Below are positions 11,894 to 25,345 of a DNA stretch of 64,000 nucleotides, in pieces. Below the pieces are notes generated by a model, which was not told the DNA's origin, made no database searches, and saw nothing but the letters and a program-made list of their open reading frames with translations. The stretch is from Anthoceros angustus (lineage: Eukaryota > Plantae > Anthocerotophyta). Numbering within the stretch: the stretch's first letter is position 1; each line of letters opens with the position of its first letter. The position numbers and the translations under genes were made by a program. Location of the stretch: the NCBI GenBank assembly GCA_010909165.1, contig VJWM01000118.1:806001-870000 (forward strand), written 5' to 3'.

Positions 11894-13599
11894 CTCCCAC
11901 TCACTATGAACTAGGGGTGATTTTCGACCAAAAGAGGTCTAGGAAAAACTAGTCTAGTAAAAACTAGTCCCTAACTAAACTTTACTTAAAGGCATAAAGT
12001 AAAAACTTAAGGTAAAAACTGAAAGTAATAATCACTATTAAAATAACTCCCACTTAAGGAGAACCGAGATGAGAAACTAATAACTCAACTTCAAGAATAG
12101 GTGGAATTAAAACTAATTAAAAGTATTTAAGCGGATTTATATATAGAGGAAAATCCAGAAAATACCCTAATTTCCGAAAAGGAAAATCAAAAGGATAATG
12201 GATAATACCCTTCTTCCTCAAACTTCACGAACGCGATCCCGACAACTTGGTGGTTGGTACATGCGGTGATGGCGATGGCGGAGGGGTGGCTACCGCAAGG
12301 CGCGCCGATCCACCGCGGGAGGCGCCCGTGGGCGCCATCGCGCCAGCGAGCCCTCTCCCGCTCCCCGCGCCGTAGGCGGGCCTTCGCGCCCCCTCGTGCG
12401 TCCTTGCGCAAGGGGCGCTCAGGCGCTTTGGCGCCCAAACAAAAGGGGCGCCCACCTGATGCATCCATCGTGTCCCTGGTGATGAAGAGTCTCGCCTCCA
12501 CGGACCTCGTCCTTCCTGCACCTTTCAAAGAAATCTCCGCATTTGTCATTGATCGACCTCATCCTCGGAGGATGAAGCGAACCGAGATGCCTAAGGATCC
12601 CTGGGGGCGCGCTCCAGCCCGGAAGAGGAAAGTCCGAAGTGTAAGATTGCGTCTTCATTTCGCCATGTCTTCATTTCGCCATGTCTTCATTTGTGAAGCA
12701 ATTGGATGTGCTCACCAAAAGGGGAGGAAGCGCAGCCTAGGTGATGAGGACGTGCCTCCTCCCCCTCAATGAATGATGCTCGCAAAATGCCCACCTCCAA
12801 AAGTGTTTGTAGGAAAGATTGCTGCCCATCTTATGCTTCTAAGAAGAAGCTATGACACAAGTGGATTACAAGGATGCTAACTTGATGGATAAGAGGTGAC
12901 ACTTGTGTGGTACGCTTGCGGATGGGTGGAGACGGCATGGGGAGGATATGACAAGGAAAATGGAAAAGAAAGGTGCAATATATTAAATAAGGGTTATCCA
13001 AATTTAAGCATCCTAATTTCTATATGAGTTTTAGGATCATAATAACCTAGCATAAATTTTCTGATTGATGCGGCGTAAACACATTTTGTTTCCCTAAGTG
13101 TATTAAAGACAAAAACATGGGCTATTATAAGCGGAATTCTACCAAAAGGTGACCAGAAAAATAAAGTATACATACTCACCTTAGGTTTAAGTGAAAAGGA
13201 GATGTCCGGACTCCTATATATGTGAGGAAACTACCATCCACATGATAAAAATAGCAAGTCTCCCATGTGAGGAATTTCCAGGACATATCAAACATATTTT
13301 CCGTAGGTGCCTTTGGTGCTAAGGGAATTTATTGTTTTAATCACATAAATACTGCTTAAATATTATTTTTATTTTTAATATAAATATTCCAGGTTCTATG
13401 TTGGCCGTCTATGAAGAGGAAGGCAGGATGACCTAAGCTATTTTGAGATAGAAGAAGAAAATGTTCAGAAAAATAGTAAGACAATAATTTTGGGCTAAGA
13501 TTTTAAGGTTATCTTAAATCGGCCCTAAGGCTGCTAGGGTGAGTATTAGGTTAAAGGTTTGGACAGTGTGTCCATTATACCCAAACATTTCATGTGTTT

Positions 13600-16500
13600 C
13601 CTATGTAACTCAATTCCCAATGACTTTGTTAATAAATCGACATTGTCTAAAGTTTGAACATAACTAATATTTATGGTTTGATCTTCTAACTTTTCCCTTA
13701 TGTAGTGATACTCAACAGCTATATGTTTAGTTCTAGAATGAAAAGCAGATTTCGTGCAAGTGCAATGGCACCGCTATCACTAAACAAAGATGTAGGCTTA
13801 AGTTGAGGATGGTGAAGTTCACTCAAAACTAACTGGACCACACTATGTCTTTAGAACCGAGGTTAGTACCACTCGGATTGATGCTTGACAAAGCTATAGT
13901 AGGTTGTTTCTTACTTGACCAGATATTGGTGCTCCTCCAAGAGTAATACATACCACGATCTGATTTTGTTTCGGTCACCAGATAGTCGGCATCGATATGC
14001 CGTTAGAGTTAATGTGTTGATAGCTGGTGTATGCTTGAACATCGATCCTGTGTACATAGTGCCTTTAAGGTATCCGAATATACGCTTAGACATCCAGGCT
14101 CACGTCGGTTCTCCAAGAATTGTGAGCGAACCGACTTCAAAAGATATATCCGGTCTCGTAAAATTGCATAAATATATTAGAGTGCCAACATGTCGGTATG
14201 GAAGCGACATTTCTAGCTTTTCTTCAATTGTTTTGGGACTCATATCGAGGTAAGCCTAACACCACTTGCAAAAGGTGTGGGTGCGGGCTTTGCATCCTCA
14301 AGTCCAAATTTAGCTAAACTCTCCTTAATATACTTGGTTTGAACTATACTTAGAGTCTTATTACCTCTATTTAGTATAATATTAACACCAAGTGCATATG
14401 TCATTTCTCCTAGATCGGACATCTCAAATAGAGTCCTAAGCCATGCTTTAGTTTCGCTAGGAGAGTGAGGGAGTTTGTTGCCATAAAAACATCATCAACA
14501 TAAAGTAGAAGATAAAATATATCATTGCGGATATTAGGATGTACATACAAGCATCACCGGCTTTGCTTAAATCCTCTCCCAATAAGTTGTACATGTATGG
14601 TTAAATTCCAATTCTTGCTGAGCTTAAGGCCATACAAACCTTTGATGAGTCGGCATACCCAATCTTCTTTGCCTTTGACTTCAGAACCCTCGGGTTGTCT
14701 CATGTATATTTCCTCTTGCGCCCATACAAATATCTTTGTCTTAACATCCATCATGTGGAGTTCAAGATCATGTTGGGCACATAAGGCAAATATCATTCAA
14801 GTGTGGCAAATTTGGCTCTTGGGGCATAAGTGGCCCAAGGTATGTAATCTAGACCAGAATTTGTGTAAACCTCCGCTACTAGACGTGCCTTATACCTTTC
14901 TATAGAACCATCTCCTTTTCTTTTAATTTTGAATACCCATTTGCTGGTTACTATCTTCCTACCCCTAGGTGGTTTGACCAATTCCATGTAGAGTTATTAA
15001 CTAGGGAATTATATTCGAATCTGACTACCTTCCATAAGTCTTTTTCGGAGAAGAAAGCTTGTTTTAAGGTAAGAGGTTCTTCGGGTCTATAGTTGCCTTG
15101 TAGACAGCTTGAGAATAAAGTGATATAGGGGTATAGGATCATCAAAAAGCACTAGGTATCCTAAAGGAGGTTCCTTCCAACTGCGCAGGACTGAGATAGT
15201 AGGTCGGGATCTAAGGTTGTACCTTTGTGCAGTGCATCATCCACGGGAGGCGGGATCAGCGCAGGATCTGCTGGCTCCACAATGTCATCCTCGGAGGTCA
15301 TCAAACTCATCATCATGAGTGTCAATGGCGCCTCTGGGATGTCAACATCGTTGTCGTTGAGTTGTACCAGTTGTGGAATAGATGCTAACTCCTCCTCCTC
15401 CGCATAATAGGTTCAACTAAAGGAACACGAAGCGTGAATGGGAAATGGAGTGAAATAATCAGTATCATCAAAAATAAGAAGGTCAATGGTCTCATCAAGA
15501 GGAGGACCAAGCCTATCAGCTCCCTGTGGGGAAAAGAGGTAAGACTCATGAAAAGTAACACTCGGGCGTATAAAAGTTGCCTTGTAGAAGGGTTGAACAA
15601 TTTGTACCCTTTGATACCGGTGTAGCCAATGAAAAGTGTACTTGCTTTGGGATCCAACTTCTTACGCAATGCTTTGGGAATAAAAACATATGCGGGATCC
15701 AAAAATTCAAGGTGGTCAATAGAAGGCTTCTTGCCAATGAATGCTTCATATGGAGTCATACCTTGAACTGCGATGTAGGCAATCGATTCATGAGATAGGT
15801 TCTTTGAGGAGGGCCTCGCCCAATAAGCCTTAGATAACTTAGCTTGTACCAATAAGCAACTGTGATCTCTTGGGCGTAGATTCTTGTTCGGCTCGCCATT
15901 TTGTTGAGGAGTGTAGACAAGCGTAAGTTGTTGAGCTATACCTTCACTCGACAAAATCCTCAAATTCGAGATGTAAACTCTCCACCATTGTCGGAACGTA
16001 AGGTCTTGAGTTTGTGATCCGTAAGTCTCTCCCATTTCATGTAGTCCTTGAAGAAGTGAAAGGCATCACTCTTGTTTTTCGGGATGTAGGAAAAGACAAA
16101 GCAGAGAAATCATCATGAAGGTCAAAAATATCTACTACCACTAAAGGAGGGTGTAGACAAGGGTCCACAAATGTCATGTGCACTATCTCTAAAGGTGACT
16201 TGGCCCTTTGTGGAGATTTATTTTGAAAGGCTCTTGATGTCGTTTAGTGAGGACACAAGATTCGCACCAAGGTAGGTGTTCAACCTTTGCAAGGCAAGGG
16301 TTCTATATAAAGCTCCCTTAGACATTTGGATTAATTTTTGACTATTAGGATGACCAAGGCGACAATGCCAAAGCATGGTTTGGGTAGGTGTCACTGGGTT
16401 TGGAATGGCAACATTAGCGAATGGGTGGCTCCCACTTGTGACAATCTATAGAGACCATCATCTAAAGTGCCTGGATTGTATAGTTTCTATCACTTATGAA

Positions 16501-18150
16501 AGAGAGAAGACAACTATCGCATAAAGGATCACTGCAGTGTGTTCTTGACAAAGACTTGCGGTGATACTAGATTCTTGCACATTGAAGGAACATGGAGGAC
16601 TTGATGAAGATGAAGAACGACACGAATCACACTTGAATACAACCAACACCCGCAATGGGTAGGTTGTGATCATCTCGGGGAGGACGGTGATGTCCTGTGG
16701 GTGAGTAAGACTCAAAAGAGTTTCTGTAACAAATATGTGAAGTAGCTCCTGTCTAAGTACCATGAGGTATTGGAGGGCTTGGAAGAAGCCAAGCACACAG
16801 TGAGCACCTGGAGTTGAGGAAGATTGTTTCTTAGCAATGTTAGCTCAGTGGGGCCTCCTTAGGTTCCCATTCTTCTTCTTACGACAATCCTTTTCCATGT
16901 GATTTGGGATTACGCACCAATTACATATAATCCCGATCTTCTTGTTACCTCTTGCGGTGTTGAAGAAGATGCCTCTCCATCATGGAAAGTATGTGCGGGA
17001 TATGGGGTCGTTGGAAAGTAGAACCTCGGCCTGCCTCGTCCTCTTCCTCTACCCTTTGTGAATACATCACCTGCTTGTTGGCTCGGAGTGATGATGACGT
17101 CGCTTGCCTCCTCCTGTAATGCTCCAATAAGTTCGGAAACACGATGTCCTGTGGTGGTGAGTAAGACTCAAAAGAGTTTCTGTAACAAATATGTGAAGTA
17201 GCTCCACTGCCTAAGTACCATGAGGTATTGGAGGGCTTGGAAGAAGCCAAGCACACAGTGAGCACCTGGAGTTGAGGAAGATTGTTTCACGCAATGTTAG
17301 CTCAGTGGGGCCTCCGAGGTTCCCCATTCTTCTTCTTACGACAATCCTTTTCCATGTGATTTGGGATTCGCACCAATTACATATAATCTCTTCTTGTTAC
17401 CTCTTGCGGTGTTGAAGAAGATGCCTCTCCATCATGGAAAGTATGTGGGATATGGGGTCGTTGGAAAGTAGAACCTCGGCCTCGCCTCCTCTTCCTCTAC
17501 CCTTTGTGAATACATCACCTGCTTGTTGGCTCGGAGTGATGATGCTTGCCTCCTCCTGTAGCAATGCTCCAATAAGTTCAAACACCGATGTCCGGCTCTT
17601 CATTTGGATCTTCATCTGACTTTTCGACATTGCGAATCACATTTTGAGTTGTAATGAAAGCCCTATAAGAAGGTGGCAATGAAGATAAGAGAATGACGTA
17701 AGCCTCCATCTCGAGATAGGTACATGCTTGAAGATTCCAAATGGGATCGTGCCAATCGAAATGCATTAACATGATGTTCGATGGTGTCGGACTCCTTCAT
17801 TGAGAGGTTGCGGAAGTTACGTGAAGCGCAACAATACTCATTACATCTCGAGATGAATATAATTGAGCAAGGTGAGTCCACATATCCTTGGAGGTCTTTG
17901 CGTGCGACATGTCTCACCATATGTTGAGAAAGTCCACGACCAATAAATCTTGTGCCTTCGTCCTGGCGTCCCGGAAGGTTGAAGTTCACGTTCAAATCGG
18001 GCGTGTGGCCTTGGAATTGATCCATCGACGATGCCCCAAAGGTCTCTTTGCCGCAAAGCTCCTCGCATTCTCAATGACCGATGTCATAATCCCTTCCATT
18101 GAATCTATCTTTCTCTTTGAAGCTGTCACCATAATGATAATGCAATGAAG
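13600..18150 (-). pseudogene. Copia 2 gag-pol remnants
   Basis: Short ORFs with gag, protease, integrase (FRQWWRVY from DNGGE, TPQQNG), RT and RNase H motifs, broken by many indels. Confidence 0.85.
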
Positions 18151-18269
18151 TGTTAGCATTATCATTACCCAATGGGGAATTAGGAACAGTTTGTTCTTCA
18201 TTATTGATCACTCCAGCCATTGTAGGTGATTTAGAGGACTAGGCCTCGCGGTACACCTCTCATCTTCTA

Positions 18270-18810
18270 TTTTATTACGTGAAACTCTTCTCTTGCATCA
18301 TAATCGATTCGGATGATGATAGCATGCTCTCAAATCTCTGCGCATTATCAACCTTAGAGAGAATAGACAATTTTGTCCTTAATTCAGATAATTCTCCCTT
18401 AAGATCAAAGGATTGGATTCTAAGAGTTGCTAATTGACTATCAATTTCTTGAAATCTAAGAGTTTCTATGCTATTTTGTCTTGCAGACTAGAAGATAAAG
18501 GAGTACTAATACCAGATTCAAATTTGGGATATGTTGGAGAGCTAATTCTAATGCCTTGACGTGAATTGGACTAAAACTTCTAGCAAATCACGCCTAGCTA
18601 GCTTGATAAACTTCCCTTGATCCGGTTTAGAAATTAAAATAGATGCAATGAAGTTTGCTATACAAGAGGAGGTTTCTACTATCTCTCCCTCTATAGCTTG
18701 TTGTCTTCTATTGCTTCTATGTGTTGGGCTCCTAATTTGTTCTTGTTGTCTTGGGACTACTTCTCTTCTTAACTCTATGCCTTCTCCTTCTAAGGGAACA
18801 CAAATCCATG
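18270..18810 (-). pseudogene. Frameshifted extra ORF between PBS and gag of copia 2
   Basis: Manual translation gives EGIELRREVVPRQQEQIRSPTHRSNRRQQAIEGE... and ...ETLRFQEIDSQLATLRIQSFDLKGELSELRTKLSILSKVDNAQRFESM (heptad-like Leu) in shifted frames. Confidence 0.45.
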
Positions 18811-19008
18811 GAGGAAGAACAAAGAATTAGTGCATAAAAGCATTGTTAGAAGAGAAATGTTAGCATAAAAGAATGCATGCAAAGATAGCAATTCTAGGAT
18901 AAACACAATCCATCTAGGCAAATGCTAGATTAGAAAGTGTCTCCTAGATAAGCTACTTAGATGCATGAGGATGCACAAGCAAACAAAGAGCAAGTGTGCT
19001 CGATACCA

Positions 19009-19230
19009 TGATGAGAATCATACACAAGCTCTAGCAATATGTGTTGCATTACATTCATAATAGAAAGTACATGCCTTTATGTAGGCAAGGTAGTTGTAAC
19101 CAATAAGTGGTTGTAACAACTAACCAATTAAATAACTACTAAAGAAACTACCTAGAGCCCTAAGGACTAAATTAATTATTAAGTCCTAGGTGCCCTAGTG
19201 AAGAGTGCCCTAATAGTAAGCTATTTTATA
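19009..19230 (-). repeat. 5' LTR of copia 2
   Basis: Direct repeat of 11670-11893, adjacent to the PBS. Confidence 0.9.
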
Positions 19231-19258
19231 TCCTCCTCCTCCTCCTCCTCCTCCTCCT
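19231..19258. repeat. (TCC)n microsatellite at the copia 2 insertion site
   Basis: Perfect TCC run of 28 nt. Confidence 0.95.
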
Positions 19259-19829
19259 GCGAGACCTCCATTTCATCGACCGGTGCCGCACTCCGTAACA
19301 AGGGAGATCATCCATGGGCAGCACTTCATGTCCCAGGAGGGAGGGCAACTGCTTGAGGTGCGGCAAAGCGGCCGTGGCTTAATGTTTTCCCCTCCATGGC
19401 AAGCTCTGCGACATGGAAAAGAAAGTCGCTTGCTGCATGTTCAGCTCGATTGGATAAACAATTTTAACTCTTACCTGTTCCGTAAAACACAGCCACAATG
19501 CAAGCCACAAAGGATCAGCGCCCCAATCATCCAGCATACTTGTGTCGGTGTCCAAAACTTCTCTCTAGTCTAATGACTTGTGCACATCTTCCAATTTACT
19601 TTCCCAATCAATCAATTCAGCCCTCAGAGCATTTAACCCAGGTGTCAGCAAACCGATCTTAGCATACAGTATCCCTCTTAAGATCTTTGTGTAACCGCAT
19701 CTCTTATTCTGCACAATGACTCCAATATGATGGTGAACTCTATAGATATCTAATCTTTTTGGAACTCACAATCATGCGTTCTTGAATGAAATAAGCAGCC
19801 ATAACACTCTTCTGCAGCCAATCATCACT

Positions 19830-22590
19830 AGGAAAAATAAGTAGCCTCCGAGGATTTGCCAAGCATGACATATACAAGAAGTATGCCGACTTTTCGGTTG
19901 AAAGACTTTGAGTCTATGTAATCCGGTTTGTTGACGTGTGACAGTTTCAAAGCCATATCCATTGTTTGTTTTATCAAATTTAATAACTCCCGCAACTTTT
20001 TATTCTCTTCCTTCAGGAGTTCATCAGTGAGTCTGGCAAACAAACCAAAAACTTGAATTAGAAACCAGGAAACATGTGCAAGGGGTATATAAACATATGA
20101 AGTTAAGCACTAACCTTTTGCCTTTGTAGTCGACAAAATTGGAAACTTCCCGTAAGATAAGGAGAGACAAAAACTCAGAGGTCTTAACCTAACCACTCCT
20201 TTGTGACAATACAGTTCCTTCTAGCCATAAAGGCAACTCGATCCTCAACTAGCTTCTACTGCTGCACCGTAATTGCTCCTGAGCTCTGGCCTTGGTCTGC
20301 TCCTCTTCCAGCTTCACAGTCAATTGCATGATTTTCTCATTGTAGGTGTCTTTAGAATCAACCTTTTTCCTGGACAGACCAAACTTGCCCGTCTTGTGTT
20401 GGGGACGCACCCCTTCCACAACATTCTCCTGAGCTCTAGCCTTGGTCTGCTCCTCTTCCTCGTAGTCAATAGCATGAATTTTTCATTGTAGGTGTCTATA
20501 GAATCTACCTTTTTCCGGATAGACCAAACTTGTCTTGTGTTTGGGACGACGCACCTTCCACAACATTCTTGGTCTGTTGAAAGACTTTGAGTCTATGTAA
20601 TCCGGTTTGTTGACGTGTGACAGTTTCAAAGCCATATCCATTGTTTGTTTTATCAAATTTAATAACTCCCGCAACTTTTTATTCTCTTCCTTCAGGAGTT
20701 CATCAGTGAGTCTGGCAAACAAACCAAAAACTTGAATTAGAAACCAGGAAACATGTGCAAGGGGTATATAAACATATGAAGTTAAGCACTAACCTTTTGC
20801 CTTTGTAGTCGACAAAATTGGAAACTTCCGTAAGATAAGGAGAGACAAAAACTCGTAGGTCTTAACCTAACCACTCCTTTGTGACAATAGGTTCCTTCTA
20901 GCCATAAAGGCAACTCGATCCTCAACTAGCTTCTCTTTGCCGTAATTGCTCGAGCTCGGCCTTGGTCTCCTCTTCCACTTCATACCAATTGCATGATTTT
21001 CTCATTGTAGGTGTCTTTAGAATCAACCTTTTTCCTGGACAGACCAAACTTGCCCGTCTTGTGTTGGGGACGCACCCCTTCCACAACATTCTCCTGAGCT
21101 CTAGCCTTGGTCTGCTCCTCTTCCAGCTCCGTAGTCAATAGCATGAATTTTTCATTGTAGGTGTCTATAGAATCTACCTTTTTCCTGGATAGACCAAACT
21201 TGCCTGTCTTGTGTTTGGGACGCACCCCTTCCACAACATTCTTGGTCTTGCTGAAAGACCACATAGTACGAGCAAGCTTGGCTTGGCACGAGCACGAGCA
21301 CATCACAAAACTGGATAACCATGTTTTTCATGTGGAAATCATATGGCGCCACGGCCTATGCAGTCGGCCATGCAAAAAACCATGTGAAAATAATATCCTC
21401 AACGGTTTGTATTTGTATTTTTATTTTCTAGCTATTTTATATTTTATTTATGTTTGAGTCCTACAAAGAGCTCATATATTACTCATGAAAGCACAATATA
21501 CTCATGTCATAAATGTCATTCAGTGTCTATGTAGTTTAATTATCTCAATATATAGGTACACTTATATGGAAACTCTTATGGATCTGTAAAAATAAATGTA
21601 AAAATAATTACATCACTAAATTTTATGCTTCCTTCAGAGTTCATCATGGAGTCCGGCAAACAAACCAAAAACTTGAATTAGAAACCGAAACATGTGCAAG
21701 GGTATATAAACATATGAAGTTAAGCACTAACCTTTTGCCTTTGTAGTCGACAAAATTGGAAACTTCCGTAAGATAAGGAGAGACAAAAACTCGGAGGTCT
21801 TAACCTAACCACTCCTTTGTGACAATACAGCCCTTCTAGCCATAAAGGCAACTCGATCCTCAACTAGCTTCTCACGCCGTAATTGCTCCCGAGCTCGGCC
21901 TTGGTCCGCTCCTCTTCCACTTCAAATCCAATTGCATGATTTTCTCATTGTAGGTGTCTTTAGAATCAACCTTTTCTGGATGCACTAAACTTGCCTTGTG
22001 TTGGGGACGCACCCCTTCCACAACATTCTCCTGAGCTCTAGCCTTGGTCTGCTCCTCTTCCAGCTCCGTAGTCAATAGCATGAATTTTTCATTGTAGGTG
22101 TCTATAGAATCTACCTTTTTCCGGATAGACCAAACTTTTTGTGTGTTTGGGACGACCCCTTCCACAACATTCTTGGTCTTGAAAGACCACATAGTACGAG
22201 CAAGCTTGGCAAGCAGCACGCACATCACAAACCGGATAACCATGTTTTTCATGTGGAAATCATATGGCGCCACGGCCTATGCAGTCGGCCATGCAAAAAA
22301 CCATGTGAAAATAATATCCTCAACGGTTTGTATTTGTATTTTTATTTTCTAGCTATTTTATATTTTATTTATGTTTGAGTCCTACAAAGAGCTCATATAT
22401 TACTCATGAAAGCACAATATACTCATGTCATAAATGTCATTCAGTGTCTATGTAGTTTAATTATCTCAATATATAGGTACACTTATATGGAAACTCTTAT
22501 GGATCTGTGTAAAAATAAATGTAAAAATAATTACATCACTAAATTTTATGCCCTTCATACCAGTCTTATATGGATATTTATGAACTAAAT
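19830..22590 (-). pseudogene. Tandem array (about 3 imperfect units) of ERD4/CSC1 (OSCA) cytosolic-loop fragments plus unassigned exons
   Basis: Repeated VVEGVRPKHKTGKFGLSRKKVDSIDTYNEK..LEEEQ resembles the ERD4 RP..KTGF.GL.GK.VDSI.YY loop. It alternates with a repeated LTDELLKEENKKLRELL exon; unit length ~700-950 bp. Confidence 0.75.
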
Positions 22591-23559
22591 TATAATCTAT
22601 AGGCCCATCGTTTCGGCCATGGAAAAAACTATGTAAACATAATATTCTTAATGATATGTATTTTTATTTTCTAGCTGTTTTATATTTTATTTATGTTTGA
22701 GTCCTACAAAGAGCTCATATATTACTCATGAAAGCACAATATTCTCACGTTATAAATGTCATTATCACTAAATTTTATGCCCTTCATACCAGTGTTATAT
22801 GGATATTTATAAACTAAAATTAAATTATTTTAAATAATTACATATGTTTACTATAAAATTATCTAATAACATAAAAATATGAATAAGTACATCCAATAAA
22901 ATTCATATGTATTTTAATACCCTGTATCATGTGTAAAATAATATAGAGAACATGTAGATAGGGTCCATGCAGTCCACCATGAAAAGAGGGCATGAAAATC
23001 ATATCCCTATCAATTTTTGATTTAAGTCATTCCCTGTGTAGTCTTTGTACCCATTTGGTTTTGAAACCTACAAAGGTGCAAGTGTCCTTCTATTTTGTGT
23101 GTCATGCTAAATGCATATACTTTCTTTATCTCAGTATATATGTGCACTTGTATGAAATATGTATGGACTTAAGTATATGAAAATTGATATACGCATCAAA
23201 CACGAATTGCTATGGTTTATATATGCATTTCACAATTCCTTTATGAATATCTAGTGCCTGAGTTTTAAATTTCTCGTAAGAATATATTTATATTCTTGTA
23301 TACTACTATATTTAAAATATTTCTAGTCTAAATATTTAATACAAATATTTAGACTAGAAATACATAATATTTTTAATTTTAAAATAATTATAATCATTCA
23401 ACAATTACAACATGCAGCTTCTAAGCGAGTCCAAGCTAGGGTTTCTTGTGCACGATTCTCCCCGCTCGGAATGAGCTATGTACTCGGGACCATGATCCCT
23501 CCCCATCCATAGGAACTCACAGGTCAAATTTTTCTTGCAGGGTGCGCCTAACATATGCA

Positions 23560-24330
23560 TTCAACCCATACACTACAAAGTTGAAGAGCCCTTGCAATCA
23601 GATAGATGCAAGAGGCTATTATACGGGATCGGAGACTGAAAATCACACCAAGGCAGGGTGCCCTTACCATGAGAGCGGCTGTGCCAATGTGAAGGCAATA
23701 CAGCCAAAACAGCCGTTGATGTGGTTTCACAAAATCATGAATTCGGTTGATAGTTCCAAATGTGGACTCCAGGAGCCCCACCGGTTCATGGCCTGAAAAG
23801 ATGATAACGAAGTTCACAGTGACAGCTAGATAATGGCATGTAAAGGCGAAGTAATGTTAAAAGCAACAACCACACCAAACGGCAGGACAAGGTTTTGCTT
23901 TCAGTTACCTACCTTCATGTCAGTGCGCACCTCAAAATGTCGCTGGCATTCAGACATGCCCACTGCCATCTGCAAAAACCAAGTGCTTAAATTAGGCAAC
24001 ATATGACAGATGGAACTGGCGGGCTTGAGCCTGACGACGGAGACAAAAAGCCAGATACTTACACGGGTTGCATGATTTATCATGCGAATAACTTGAAAGT
24101 AAACTGTTCCATTGAACAGTATATATAGCTACCCAGAGGGGTACATAGAACGTGATAAACCGCAGCACCTGGTACCAGGGTTTTGATAGTTGGCATCCAT
24201 AGGCGGGCCCTCCCACACTGCAATTGAAGAAAACCACAAAGTTTCCTCACATTTCCTGTAGATGTCTCTGTCCTGACCCAGCACCAAGCACCGGTCCATA
24301 GTCATTTGAGCTCCAAATACCAATAAATTG
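23560..24330 (-). pseudogene. GCR1: GCR1 (plant GPCR-like) TM5-TM7 fragment with introns
   Basis: FG.NDYG..AWCW, LRFITFYVPLWVAI, QMAVGMSE...RTDMKV and FGTINRIHDFVKPHQRLFWLYCLHIGTAALM match the Arabidopsis GCR1 C-terminal half; the N-terminal half is missing. Confidence 0.88.
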
Positions 24331-24374
24331 ACCACTGCAATAGGAAAAATATGAAGATCACCACTAACCTATCC

Positions 24375-25345
24375 AAACTTGAAATTCGGCAGTCCTTCTT
24401 GGACCATCAATGCATCAGGCCACTCCCGAATGCATATTGCAGTGCCTGAACGTGCACACAAGAGAACCTTTTGATGGTCCAGAAAACTGTACAGTATGGC
24501 AGATTGTCGCAGTAACATATGTCAGTCAGTGCAGGGATGACTACACCTAGCTGACATGCCAAGAATGAACAGGAGCGTACCAACTGAAGTTCAAACCCGT
24601 CCGTTGTGGGTTTCAGGACTTCCATGTCAGCTAGATCGTCTGCAAGGTAACGCCATTCTCCATTCACAAGATGGGCAATTGATGCAAACATGGCAGCCTG
24701 ATGCGTCTTCTCCATGCGACAAAGCAGGCTAAAGTCCAAGTACCTGTAACACAATCACTGACCCTCACTAATATCACAATCCACAATATCTGCAATCCAA
24801 GCCAGTGCACTGGCTGTAGAACCGTCTGAACAGTCGATGAAATCCGGTGTGACAAGATTCAGCACGCTCTCACTTTGCCATCTACCATCAGCATGAGATG
24901 TCACTTTGCTTCATTCTGATCCTTGAAGTGTACTTCAAGTGAGCACGTGCTTCCTACAAGGGAAAGCCACTAATTGTGATACCATCAACCAGAATCCAAG
25001 CGATAAAGCTGCCAGAAGGATGGATACATGTTTCGACAGCTCTGAAGCAACTGCTGCTTGGACGATCCAAAAACTTCATGAGAAAACAGTTCGATCCATA
25101 CTCAAAATTCTTCCACACTTGTGCCTCCACGTTGTAGTCAAGCTCCAATGCAGACCCCGTCCAAGCTGATCAGCCAAACCTAACCCTGCCGCAACAAAAC
25201 CACCGCCAATTCAACAAACACGACGAACACCAAAATGATCTTACAAAACAGAACAACAAAGCCGCACGCATCATCCTTTCAGAACGAATCCAGTCTCGGC
25301 AAGTAAACCCTGTCTGACAGTACCAGCCGAAATCGCTCCTGCGAG
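24375..25345 (-). pseudogene. ABC1/ABC1K atypical kinase internal fragment, copy A
   Basis: Degenerate A.S.GQVY..RL, ELDYNVEA, and post-DFG helix segment LVNGEWRYLADDLADMEVLKP; introns retained. It has a ~130 bp deletion relative to copy B. Confidence 0.75.

Larger units (their letters stand above)
11670..19230 (-). mobile_element. Ty1/copia LTR retrotransposon 2 (heavily frameshifted)
   Basis: Direct repeats 11670-11893 and 19009-19230; minus-strand PBS TGGTATCGAGC at 18998-19008; purine tract at ~11894-11904. Minus-strand remnants of gag (LRQRDLWGIVDGS), PR (WYLGSGATSHIC), IN and RT (KWVFKIKRKGDGSIERYKARLVA). Near-TSD TCCTC. Confidence 0.92.

Noticed and set aside
21400-23400. Helitron termini or Rep/helicase in the AT-rich tracts
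   Set aside because: No convincing 5' TC or 3' hairpin-CTRR and no RepHel motifs were seen; Helitron origin remains only a hypothesis.
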